A stretch of 63,077 nt of DNA, filler included, from Octopus bimaculoides (taxonomy: Eukaryota), in NCBI RefSeq assembly GCF_001194135.2. It is 7 parts of 6 records of this genome, joined end to end, with 100 filler letters (N's around TTAATTAATTAA, not from the genome) between each part and the next. Parts side by side here need not be neighbours in the genome. Positions count along the whole stretch, not along the records: positions 47,068 to 56,973 come from NC_068984.1; positions 57,074 to 58,244 come from NW_026369427.1; positions 58,345 to 61,094 come from NC_068996.1; positions 61,195 to 63,077 come from NW_026430666.1; 3 more parts are not named here. The stretch is one strand, 5' to 3'. The notes beneath the pieces were generated by a model. That model was given only the letters and a program-made list of their open reading frames with translations. It ran no database searches and had not been told where the DNA came from. The stretch's first letter is position 1. Each line of letters starts with the position of its first letter. This document shows positions 50,693 through 62,555 of this stretch, one piece after another. A program made the position numbers and the translations under genes.

Positions 50693-50960
50693 CATAAGAC
50701 ATACATACATATATACATGCACACACACACTTATAGAAACTTATTAAATCAATGTTATTTGAATCACGTAGCACGACGTCCTATTCCTGGTAACTTGGGA
50801 GAACACAGCTTTTGAATTAATTTAATTTAAACTAAATTAATTCAAATTAATTATGTATCGGAAGTATATAATTATACATATCATGGTGTTTATCCTAACG
50901 AAACAGTTTTCGAAAATAAATTATGAACTTTAGGTGAAATTTATGTTTTTCTGCTTTTAC

Positions 50961-51025
50961 CTGTAATATGTTGCTCTTAATGATCGTTTTAGCCGATAAT
51001 GTTTATTCATACAACTCTGTCCCAC
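50961..51025 (-). CDS. Candidate exon, 65 nt, phase 0 to 2
   Basis: tatatccag| and AG|gtaaaa; VGQSCMNKHYRLKRSLRATYY(R) joins 49908 in frame. Confidence 0.5.
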
Positions 51026-52228
51026 CTGGATATAGTGCAGTATAATAACGTATTGGAGTCATGAGACATGCTAATCAGTTGAACTCTAAGTTACTGGGAA
51101 TTTATTTTTCGATGTTTGTACATAGATTCTCTATAAGTGTGTGTGCGTGTAAAATAAATAAGTAGCTAAATAGAAAGGTCGGTATGTATGTAGGTAGCTA
51201 AGTAGGTAAGTTGATAGGTAGGTAGGCAGGCAGGCAGGCAGGTAGGTAGGTAGGTAGGTAGGTAGGTAGGTAGGTAGGTAGGTAGGTAGGTACGTTGATA
51301 TGTAGGTAGGNNNNNNNNNNNNNNNNNNNNNNNNNNNNNNNNNNNNNNNNNNNNNNNNNNNNNNNNNNNNNNNNNNNNNNNNNNNNNNNNNNNNNNNNNN
51401 NNNNNNNNNNNNNNNNNNNNNNNNNNNNNNNNNNNNNNNNNNNNNNNNNNNNNNNNNNNNNNNNNNNNNNNNNNNNNNNNNNNNNNNNNNNNNNNNNNNN
51501 NNNNNNNNNNNNNNNNNNNNNNNNNNNNNNNNNNNNNNNNNNNNNNNNNNNNNNNNNNNNNNNNNNNNNNNNNNNNNNNNNNNNNNNNNNNNNNNNNNNN
51601 NNNNNNNNNNNNNNNNNNNNNNNNNNNNNNNNNNNNNNNNNNNNNNNNNNNNNNNNNNNNNNNNNNNNNNNNNNNNNNNNNNNNNNNNNNNNNNNNNNNN
51701 NNNNNNNNNNNNNNNNNNNNNNNNNNNNNNNNNNNNNNNNNNNNNNNNNNNNNNNNNNNNNNNNNNNNNNNNNNNNNNNNNNNNNNNNNNNNNNNNNNNN
51801 NNNNNNNNNNNNNNNNNNNNNNNNNNNNNNNNNNNNNNNNNNNNNNNNNNNNNNNNNNNNNNNNNNNNNNNNNNNNNNNNNNNNNNNNNNNNNNNNNNNN
51901 NNNNNNNNNNNNNNNNNNNNNNNNNNNNNNNNNNNNNNNNNNNNNNNNNNNNNNNNNNNNNNNNNNNNNNNNNNNNNNNNNNNNNNNNNNNNNNNNNNNN
52001 NNNNNNNNNNNNNNNNATATTTTTCTAAACTTTTTTCCTGAAATTTAAACTTTAAAATAGTTCTATATTTTAACTTTCCAAGTAATGGGTTCTCCTAATT
52101 TCTTGTTGGATGTCCAGTATATCACAAAGTCAATAGACTGAACCGGTGTTTTTTTTTTAAAAAACAAAACATCTTAAAATACTTCATAAGGTCTTACAAA
52201 AAATATTGATATTAAAACTTTTGATTAC

Positions 52229-52380
52229 ATTTAGAACCCTCATAGTTTGTGAATGCCTCATTTTTAGCTTGTTTAGCGTGTGCATAAATGCGCACTGCGC
52301 CAAGACCAACTCCTCTTGTGGTTATATAATAGTAGTATGAGGGGATACGCTGTAACAGCAGGCCGCTGCATCCATCATTC
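52229..52380 (-). CDS. Candidate exon, 152 nt, phase 2 to 1
   Basis: atgtag| and T|gtaatc; NDGCSGLLLQRIPSYYYYITTRGVGLGAVRIYAHAKQAKNEAFTNYEGSK. Confidence 0.5.
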
Positions 52381-52765
52381 CTACATATCAATTTGTAGTG
52401 ACTCCCATATACACATATGTATGTATGTCGTTATTCAATTTTATTTCAAGATTTCTTGCCGATAAAGAGACGATTTCTAAACTAGATGGAATTTCAACAC
52501 CAACAAGGTATTTATTTTTGCACGTATGTGTGTATGTATGCAGTATTTTGAGTCAGTGCATGTGCAGATTTGTATGTTTTGTTTTATGTGTATGTTCTCA
52601 TGCATGTAGTTACACGCCTAGGCATGCGCATAACGGTAAACTTATGAAGTTTTACAAATTTTTAGTTCCAGAGATGGCTTGGATCTGTAATCTTTGAATC
52701 ACATTTCTCCTTTCTAATTTTCAGAAGCCGATTTTTTCAAGATTAGTATTTAGGCAGGGTGTTAC

Positions 52766-52879
52766 ATATCCCAGGACCCCAATAACTACAGGTATCAACA
52801 TGAACTTGTAACAGGTTTCTCAATAGTTCAGCATAGGTATTTTCATTTTCGCTGATCTTTAGCTTTATGTTAACATCAG
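52766..52879 (-). CDS. Candidate exon, 114 nt, phase 1 to 1
   Basis: tacccag| and T|gtaaca; DVNIKLKISENENTYAELLRNLLQVHVDTCSYWGPGI. Confidence 0.35.
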
Positions 52880-53151
52880 CTGGGTAGCTGATTTTTACTA
52901 TTGTACACCGTTATGTATGTATGTATGCATGTATGTATGTATGTATGTATGTATGTATGTATGTATGTACATATGTATGTGATTCTCCACTCCACTTTTC
53001 TGTGTTCTTGCAAGTCTAACGCTAATTACAAAAGCGATTAAGAAGAGTGATAATCTTAGTTGCATAACCAATTATACATTTTTCTATTATACCTGATGAA
53101 CTTGAGTTTGCAAAATTCTGAGCAATAATTTAAGCATGTAATTTTTAGCTT

Positions 53152-53255
53152 GTGTGTGCGTGCGTGCGTGCGTGCGAACATGCGTGCGTGCGAGCATGCG
53201 TGCGTGCGTGCGAGCATGCGTGCGTGCGAGCATGCGTGCGTGCGAGCATGCGTGC
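53152..53255. repeat. Higher-order minisatellite, unit about GCATGCGTGCGTGCGA
   Basis: Directly visible, about five units. Confidence 0.9.
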
Positions 53256-54325
53256 AGTGGGGGTGGGCATGTTAGCTGTATACTATCATATTGATTTAAT
53301 AGTTTAGAGTAATGATCAACGGGACATCATCTATATCTTCTCTAATTCCGCTAGAAAAGGCAGTCAAAACTGCCTCTAACCACATCCTACTGTTTTAACA
53401 AAAGAAAGATCACACTGAATAATATAATATCCAATATATAATACCTGGGGAAAAGGATGGTTGCTCAGGACTGGGAGATCTTTGATTATAAGACTGCTCA
53501 TTCAAGTTTAACCTGGGACGAAATTGAAATTGCAACAGCATCTTAAACATAATAACTAGTATTAATTGCACACGTCACTGGTCTAACATTCCAGTATCTC
53601 TGCAAATATACTAAAGTAAAGTTAATAAATCATTATTGATCGATTCACGCTAAAGACAAAGAGATGCTCGTTACTTCCTCACATTTCATTTTTATTGTTT
53701 TTTCATTCTTTTCTGTTTTTCTTTCCTTGATTCTATCGTTTGCTTTACATGTTTGTCTGTTTGTATGTTTGCTTGTTATGTTATTTGTTTGTGTATTGGT
53801 TTGTTTGTTTCGTTTGTTGGTTAGTTTGTTGGTTGGTTGGCTGGCTGGCTGGCTGGCTGGTTGGTTGGTTGACAAGTTTGTTAGTCGCTTGTTTGATGGT
53901 CGTTGGTCGGTCGTTTGTTTGTTCGATAGAGTTTCATCTTATCGCGTGTAAGACTTTTGTTGGCCGAACTGGAGACTTTGTGTCTCCAACAAATTCCTCC
54001 TTTTTAACTTTCCACGTCATACGTCATTGTAGCTACAACACATACACGCGCGCGCGCACGCACACACACACACACACAAACAAACAAACAAATATAACGA
54101 ATGGGAGAAGTACTCAATATTATAGTAGAGTGTAATAGTTTATTTAGGCTTATCTAGTGGCTTGCTACTCTCGTTTCCTCAATGTATTGTAAACTCCTCG
54201 AAAGTGAATAGATTAAGTCCAGTCTGTTTTACTATGAGAAAGCGACAATACGTCGGGGAAACAGAGTAACAAGCCCTAGAACAGATTAAATCCATCTTAA
54301 TAGATAAATAGATAGAGAGAGGGGG

Positions 54326-54412
<87 letters not shown>

Positions 54413-54692
54413 ACCATTTGTTATTTACATTATATATGATGTACAAATACGAATAAATCTATACTAATTTACCTGCCTCCCACCCTACATATTTAAATAG
54501 ATATGCTTCCCTAAAATGTAGAGCTGATCGAATCAAAAGACTCAGTAATCTCTGCAATTACAAATGCCAAACTATCAAATGCCAAGAATCATGAAGCTTG
54601 ACAAAATTCTTATTTTAGCATAATGCTATGCTATGAGTATTGTGGCCATGATGATGGACTACTCTAATGATATATAGCATCAATGTGTTTAC

Positions 54693-54873
54693 TAATTTTC
54701 TCCTGTACAATTTTGTTTTGCGTTGCGTAATGTAGCCAATTGTCACTGTTTATTTGTAGTGAGTGCATGGTGAGCCAATGTGTGAGTATTGTATGTGTAC
54801 GGCCAACGTAACAGTTGAAGTCGTAAAGTTTACGACATTCAATTATACACTCAAAACTGTGACTAACATTCAG
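54693..54873 (-). CDS. Candidate exon, 181 nt, phase 0 to 1
   Basis: 60 open codons LNVSHSFECIIECRKLYDFNCYVGRTHTILTHW...; A|gtaaac donor; acceptor position uncertain. Confidence 0.45.
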
Positions 54874-56230
54874 CTTATTTAAGGGCTTAAAGATCTATGA
54901 TTTATTATTGATAAGAGTTGGTATTTTCTTTATCTTCGCGTTTTTGCAGTATATTATAAAGATTAGGTTATGATTTGTTTCTATGCATTTTGTGTCTTGT
55001 ATTATGGAGATTCTTTATATTGTATCCGTCTTTTAACAGATGCTATGGATTTCCTTCGAGCAATATACTTTGTCTGGTTTGGAATAATTTTAATAAGTCT
55101 CTCCATGAAAGTATATGATTTTCTTTGCTCCTTCGGTGTAGATTAGCACAAAGTATTTGTTCTTTACTGTGTTTATATCCACCAATGGAATTATTTATTT
55201 ACAATGAGTTCCATTTGTAGATAGCATTATCAAACAATCCTCACTAGAGTAATATAATACGCGTTCATCCGAAGAAACTAACGAAGTAAGTAACATGTCC
55301 ACCTGAAACCTAGAAGGTCTGTTTACCAAAGCTCTAGTAACAGAAGCGACAGAAATTATATTATATAATGTATACAACACTGAACAATGTAACACCACAA
55401 CTATAACAACAAATATGTTAGCTTCAAGTACCTTTTACAACATAAGTTTTCCTTCGGAATCCACAAAGGAAGTTACAAAGTAAAAACCAATACAGCCGTG
55501 TTCCCTAAGGTTCACACTTGTGACATTTTATGAGGCCACATTAGAAAATAATTGGTACCAAGTCACACCAAATATATTTGTCTGCTATTCTCATGGCAAT
55601 GGTTACCATGACGCGGAGAATTTACGAGGTCTAAACAAACATTTGTGTGAAACGTACGACTCGTTCAATTAGAAGACGTTAAATTGGTAACTTACTAACT
55701 GTAAGGTGACCAGAAGTTTCATACGCTGCAGGTTTTATGCGAGGGTAGCATTCTCTCGTATGAATGCACATAAAGATGGAAATAAACGTATATATATATA
55801 NNNNNNNNNNNNNNNNNNNNNNNNNNNNNNNNNNNNNNNNNNNNNNNNNNNNNNNNNNNNNNNNNNNNNNNNNNNNNNNNNNNNNNNNNNNNNNNNNNNN
55901 NNNNNNNNNNNNNNNNNNNNNNNNNNNNNNNNNNNNNNNNNNNNNNNNNNNNNNNNNNNNNNNNNNNNNNNNNNNNNNNNNNNNNNNNNNNNNATATATA
56001 TATATATATATACATCATCAAAATAGGTAGTTGCAAAATCTCAAGAGATCTGAGTAGTAACTATACTAAGAAAGTCAATCGCCACATCAAAGTGGCTGTT
56101 CCCTATTACTACTAGTTTAACCCCAGGCAGATTTCCACCAGCTGATTATCGATGCGACGCTGTACCCTTTGTATACAATGTATATAGCTAGCAGGAGGAG
56201 CGAACACTTACCATCTTCTAGAAGAAAACA

Positions 56231-56286
56231 GGTTCGCGAGACTGACCAGTTTCGAGCTGGTTGGCTCATCCTCAGTCGCGAGTACC
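56231..56286 (-). ncRNA. Minimal type I hammerhead ribozyme motif (Penelope-type)
   Basis: GGTAC-TCGCGA-CTGAGGA-T-GAGC(CAACCA)GCTC-GAAA-CTG(GT)CAG-TC^TCGCGA-ACC: core boxes, three stems and a GUC site all present. Confidence 0.75.
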
Positions 56287-56430
56287 CGGTCACAAGAACT
56301 TGGCACTAATATTTCGGTAATATATATTTGTGCATTAGAGCTACTATTAGTTTCATGTTAAAAAAATATTTTGCCCCAGTATGACCGCAGCTTTGAAGCT
56401 GAAACAATTTAAAGATTAAAGATATCAAAG

Positions 56431-56565
56431 ATATCTAAACAATGTTTCAAGCCGATCACATAGAGGAATGGTGTATTTTCCATTTTGGAAGAAAATGGTG
56501 TTTTCATCCAAAATGGAGATAAACATCATTCCTCATGTAATCGGCTTCAAAAATTGTTCAGATAT
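56431..56565. repeat. Imperfect 135-bp palindrome (fold-back, MITE-like)
   Basis: Arms 56431-56489 and 56507-56565 are reverse complements with scattered mismatches. Confidence 0.85.
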
Positions 56566-56925
56566 TAAGATGAATTTTCTTGACATGAAAGCAATGCTAG
56601 CCTTAATACACAAATAAAGAAATTTTATCCATCAAAAATCGGTGTTAAGTACTCATTCTTGTCGTTCAACATTTAGGTATATATACATACATATATGGTG
56701 AAGTATATGTATGAATGTATGTATGTATATAAATATATATATACATATATCATATATATACACATAAAGACATACAACTTTTGCATAAAGACATACAACT
56801 TTCGCATATAAACATACACAATACACACGCACACTATAGGGTCATTCACACATCTTATGCATTAACACACCACTCGAACAAGCACACATTCACTGCTACA
56901 CACATGAGTTTGAACACACACACAT

Positions 56926-56973
<48 letters not shown>

Positions 56974-57073
56974 NNNNNNNNNNNNNNNNNNNNNNNNNNN
57001 NNNNNNNNNNNNNNNNNTTAATTAATTAANNNNNNNNNNNNNNNNNNNNNNNNNNNNNNNNNNNNNNNNNNNN

Positions 57074-57300
57074 TTCTGGAGCTCTTTTAAAATTTGAATT
57101 TTCAACTGTTAGCATATAAAAAAACACTCATCCAGATCTGATCCCAAGACTGGATGTTCAAGAACCAAATGAAGGGCAGATTTTCAATTCTGGAATCATC
57201 TTGATTCCAAAAAGGTATACTATGTCTATGTAGAGCAAATGTTGACTGAGATACGGGAGTCCTGGATGGACGGACAGACAGACAGAGAGAATTTTGCATT

Positions 57301-57306
<6 letters not shown>
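57074..57306 (-). mobile_element. Non-autonomous Helitron-like 5' end next to (TAA)n
   Basis: Minus strand TATAAATGCAAAATTCTCTCTGTCTGTCTGTCCGTCC. Confidence 0.45.
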
Positions 57307-57358
<52 letters not shown>

Positions 57359-57759
57359 GATTCTGTATCAAAGTGACTGGCCTTATTTCTAAATGTTCGA
57401 ATTATACTTCAGCTTTCAGTAATTAATAATCTTTATACAAAGCTCAAATCAATGACAATGAAATCTTGTTGCCATATCTAGGATGGAGGAGGTATTGTAT
57501 GTTTGTAGTATCTCTAGACATTAGAAATTACAGCCAGAGGTGAGCCGTCTGGTTGTCTGGCACTGGAATCATTTATTTACCTCACCCAACACACTATTTG
57601 TTTATCAACATGCTGTCTCCCTTCTCTGCTTTGTCCTACTGTTATTTCAATGGCTTCTGTTCTGAAGAATTTGCTGGACTCAGGTCATGTCTGATGAGAT
57701 CCACAAATGACTCCTTTGTCTCTCTTTCTCTCATTATCTTTATTGTACCTAAGGCAGCA

Positions 57760-58170
57760 AGCTGGTAGAATCATTAGTGCACTGGGCGAAATGCTTAGTG
57801 TATTTCGTCTGCCGTGATGTTCTGAGGTCGACTTTGCCTTTCATCTTTTCGGGGTTGATAAATTAAGTACCAGTTACGCACTGGGGTCAATGTAATCGAC
57901 TTAATCTCTTTGTCTGTCCTTGTTTGTCCCTTCTATGTTTAGTCCCCATGTGGGCAATAAAGAAATAAGAAACATTAGCATGCCGGGGGAAATGCTTAGT
58001 GGTATTTCGTCTGTCTTTATGTTCTGAGTTCAAATTCTGCCGAGGTCGACTTTGCATTTCATCCTTTCAGGGTCGATAAAATAAGTACCAGTTGCATGCT
58101 GGGGTTGATCTAATCGACTGCCCTTGTTCCCCAAAAATTTCAGGCCTTGTGCCTTGAGTAGAAAAGATTA
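57760..58170 (+). mobile_element. SINE family A dimer
   Basis: Same two-unit junction (AATAAAGAAATAAGAAAC/ATTAGCA) as 41099-41512. Confidence 0.88.
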
Positions 58171-58429
58171 TCTTTATTGCATCTACTTCCTCAACCTGAA
58201 CCATGTACTAGCCAATTTACCCCCATCCCTTCTCCCCCCACCAANNNNNNNNNNNNNNNNNNNNNNNNNNNNNNNNNNNNNNNNNNNNTTAATTAATTAA
58301 NNNNNNNNNNNNNNNNNNNNNNNNNNNNNNNNNNNNNNNNNNNNAATAGATAGACAGACAGACAGACAGACAGACGCACAGACAGGTTGGCAGAGAGACA
58401 GACGTACATACATGCAGACAGACAGACAC

Positions 58430-58508
<79 letters not shown>

Positions 58509-58938
58509 CATAGATAGATAGATATAGATATGTATGTACGTACACGCGCCCGCGTGCACATTCAGGCACGCACACATTCACAAACAGCAAGTAGACCATA
58601 CAAGATCTATCAATGACATAACATTTTGGCACAAGGCTAGCAATTACGAGGTGGGGTGGGCACTGAGTCGATTTGAAGAGACATCGCCTCAGTCAGGTTA
58701 CGCTGAGAGAAATAAATCTATGTCGACAGAATGATTTCTGTGCTTCAGGCTGAGATTTCATATTGAAATGGACATCACATCTGCTGATGTCCATTGATTC
58801 GTCATAGCGTTGCAGTATTTCATCACTGTTTTCTGTACATCTACGTGTATGTTAATGCCCTGTGTGCGCCTATGTATGAGCCAATGTGTGTGTGCGTGTG
58901 TGCGTGTGTGTGTGTGTGGGTGTGGGTGTGCGCGCGCT

Positions 58939-58978
<40 letters not shown>

Positions 58979-59741
58979 TGTCTGTGTGTCTCTGTGTTTG
59001 TGTGTGAACGTACGAGTGTCTTTGTATACACATGTAATCGATATCTAGAAAATATTACTCATTGTTTGCTATAATTTTAATGTACGCTTCATAGTTTTAA
59101 AACGGATTCATAAACGAGTGGCTAAATTAAAGAACGAGAACAAAAGAAATTCTCTCTTAATAGGAATCATAGTAGGCAAAAAAATAGTNNNNNNNNNNNN
59201 NNNNNNNNNNNNNNNNNNNNNNNNNNNNNNNNNNNNNNNNNNNNNNNNNNNNNNNNNNNNNNNNNNNNNNNNNNNNNNNNNNNNNNNNNNNNNNNNNNNN
59301 NNNNNNNNNNNNNNNNNNNNNNNNNNNNNNNNNNNNNNNNNNNNNNNNNNNNNNNNNNNNNNNNNNNNNNNNNNNNNNNNNNNNNNNNNNNNNNNNNNNN
59401 NNNNNNNNNNNNNNNNNNNNNNNNNNNNNNNNNNNNNNNNNNNNNNNNNNNNNNNNNNNNNNNNNNNNNNNNNNNNNNNNNNNNNNNNNNNNNNGACTAA
59501 AATCCTTCAATGCGGTGCCCCTGAATGGTCGCAGTCAAGTGAATGAAAGAACTAAAAGATAAAAAATAAAAGATAAAAAATTAAAAGATGTCTGCCGTTG
59601 TGTTTGTATGTTGGTTAACTTCTCTGTCACTGCTGGGGCTTATGCATAACTGTGTGGTCTCCATGGGTCAATAACACAACGTTCCGTCAGGTCTAGCAAT
59701 TGAAACCACGTTCTTACGATCACGGGTGCATCACTCTAACC

Positions 59742-60000
59742 TAGGGGTCGGCGAACCGGGGTAAATTACCCCAAGTAGAGTAAAAATGAAATACTTGCGG
59801 GTAATTAGGACTCATTAGACATAAGTAAAATGGTATAAAAAACTTGTTCCTTGTTACGACAGAAATTTTTCTTCTGGCAACACTGCATCTGTCAAATGTA
59901 ATGGACGCGTAAATAGATTCCATAAACCTTTTGAATCCAAAGAATCTTTGATTTTCTTCCTTTGAAATCAAGGAGGTAACATCCTCCATTATTAATATAA
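59742..60000 (+). mobile_element. Possible hAT-type element left end
   Basis: TAGGGGTCGGCGAAC resembles hAT TIRs; it truncates a family C SINE head. No right end found. Confidence 0.35.
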
Positions 60001-60019
60001 TGCAAAAGGTGGCGTACAA

Positions 60020-60740
60020 AAGGCTTAGCAGCATTTCTGAGTTCAAATTCCGTCGAAGTCGATTTTATCATTCTTCCTTTTCAGAATCGATAAAATAATT
60101 ACCAGTTGAGCAGTAGGAATTGATATAATCTACTAATCCTTTCTTCCAAAATTTCAGGTGATGTGCATATGGAAAAATGGGCGGTGAGCTGGCAGAATCG
60201 ATAGCGAGCCGGGCGAAATGCTTAGCGGTATTTCGTCTGCCGCTACATTCTGAGTTCAAATTCCGCCGAGGTCGACTTTACCTCCCTTCACTTCGGCGTC
60301 GATAAATTAAGTACCAGTTGAGCACCGGGGTGGATGTAATCAACTTGTCTCTTCCTCTGAAATTGCTGGCCTTGTGTTGAAATATGAAACTAATATTACT
60401 AAAATTTCAAAGGCGGTGAGCTGCAGATTCATGAGCTCACCGCTATTTGGAACGCCTTTACGTTATGAGTTCAAATTCCACCGAGGTCGACTTTGCCTTT
60501 CATCTTTTGGGCGTCAGTAAAATAGGCACCTGTCGAGCAATATAATCAATTTACACCCTGCCCGGAACTTGCTGGCCCTGTACCAAAATATGAAACCAAT
60601 GTTACCTGGCAGTATTATTGCACACTGGACAAAATATTTAGTGTTATTTCTTCGTGCTCTTTACGTTTTGAGTTCGAATTCTGCTGAGACAGTCTTTGCT
60701 TTTCATCCTTTCGTGTCAATAAAACGAAATATCAGTTAAG
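60020..60740 (+). mobile_element. Cluster of about five head-to-tail SINE family A units
   Basis: GAGTTC(A/G)AATTC B-box segments at about 60040, 60253, 60467 and 60670, plus heads at 60179 and 60411. Confidence 0.85.
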
Positions 60741-61573
60741 CACAGGGATAAAAAGTTACAGGCCTAATACCGACCTATTGTAGAAAGAATTAATTTAATA
60801 CAGTGGAGTAAGTTAAAGAGTAGAGCACCTGGTTAAATGCAGTATTTCGTTTCTGCAAATTCACAGTCATTCCCACCACTGCCATTCGAAGTCCCAATTA
60901 CTTCATATCCACATTGCCTTTTATCCGTCTGTTGTCAGCAATGAAATAAATAGAGTATAACTAATTATACAGTATCGAGTGTATAGATTATATTCCTCAA
61001 CATATTTTGTTCAGTGAACGCAAAGTGTAAAAGGAACAAGTATATACTGCAACAAATGTTGTATCTGTGTTGCAGTTTATATGTGCGTATATATNNNNNN
61101 NNNNNNNNNNNNNNNNNNNNNNNNNNNNNNNNNNNNNNTTAATTAATTAANNNNNNNNNNNNNNNNNNNNNNNNNNNNNNNNNNNNNNNNNNNNATATAT
61201 ATATATACATATGTGTGTGTGTGGTGGGGGATGAATGTATGCACCTAAGATGGAAGACCATTGTTGATTTTGACAGAGTTATGTCAACATTTATGTATAT
61301 ATATATATGTGTGTATATCCTAAGAGAAAGAAAGTACGTATATATACCTGGTGAAAATCAAGGTTTTACCTTGTAATTCTCTTTCCCACCACTACAACCA
61401 TTTAGAGAATGCATAAATATCATCAAAGAAATGGTTGAACGAACAATGTCTGCTATACTTCATCTTAGTCCATGCTACATGCTCACTGACATTATGTGAC
61501 CTTCTTCTTGTTGATCAGCCTCATCTAGGGCACTTGTTGATATCAGTGAAATCTTCTTTACTTCTTTCAGCTC

Positions 61574-61574
<1 letters not shown>

Positions 61575-61610
<36 letters not shown>

Positions 61611-61658
61611 ACTATCTGTCTGTCTGTCTATCTATCTATCTAACTATCTATCTGTCTG

Positions 61659-61701
<43 letters not shown>

Positions 61702-61734
61702 GTCTATCTGTCTATCTGTCTATCTATCTATCTG

Positions 61735-61769
<35 letters not shown>

Positions 61770-61780
61770 GTCTATCTCTC
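61575..61780. repeat. (TCTA)n/(TCTG)n microsatellite
   Basis: Directly visible. Confidence 0.98.
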
Positions 61781-62204
61781 TATATGCATATATATCCTTA
61801 TTTTTTCCGTTACTGTCTCTTTATTGCTCTCTCTGTCTCTCTCTCTTTATATATATATATATATATATGTGTGTATGTGTGTGTGTGTGCGTGCGTGTGT
61901 GTGTGTGTGCGTGCGTGTGTGTGTGTGTGTGTGTCTATATTCATCGATATATATATATATATATGAATATGTATGTTGGCATGTAAACTATATATATATA
62001 CATGTATATTTATATATGTATATATATATATATGAATATGTATGTTGGCATGTAAACTATATATATATACATGTATATTTATGTATGTATGTATATATAT
62101 ATATGTGTGTGTGTGTGATTCTGTGTATGTGTGTGAGTGTATTATATATATATGTATGTATGTATACATATGCACATACATATAACAATAGATATATATA
62201 TCAC

Positions 62205-62555
62205 AGGAGTAGCTGTGTAGACACAGGAGTGGTTGTGTGGCAAGTAGCTTGCTTACCAACCACATGGTTCCGGGTTCAGTCCTACTGCATGGCACCTTGG
62301 GCATATGTCTTCTGCTATAGCCTTGGGCCAACCAAAACCTTGTCAGTGTATTTGGTAGACAGAAACTGAAAGAAGCCCATTATATATGTATGTGCGTATG
62401 TATTTGTACCCCCACCAAAAAAAAAAAAATACATCCCCATAACATAGTGGTTCAGCAAAGAGACAAGGCTTACAAAGAAATAATTCCTATTGTCGAATTG
62501 TTCGACTAAAGGTGGTGCTCCAGCATGGCCACAGTCAAATAACTGATACAAGTTA
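62205..62555 (+). mobile_element. SINE family B (CORE-like)
   Basis: GTGGTTGTGTGGCAAGTAGCTTGCTTACCAACCACATGG...CCAGCATGGCCACAGTC. Confidence 0.88.

Noticed and set aside
52451-52796. Two plus-strand exon-like segments (52451-52507 and about 52730-52796)
   Set aside because: Their phases are incompatible and one overlaps a longer minus-strand frame. They show how often chance exons occur here.
1677-59546. Long ORFs containing X runs or poly-I/Y/HT/CV tracts
   Set aside because: They span N gaps or microsatellites and are artefacts of the ORF caller.
60020-60740. CRISPR-like array
   Set aside because: Units are diverged SINE bodies in a eukaryotic context, with no constant repeat and unique spacer pattern.
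2524-62555. Closely spaced inverted SINE pairs as editing substrates
   Set aside because: The nearest opposite-orientation copies are several kb apart and diverged.
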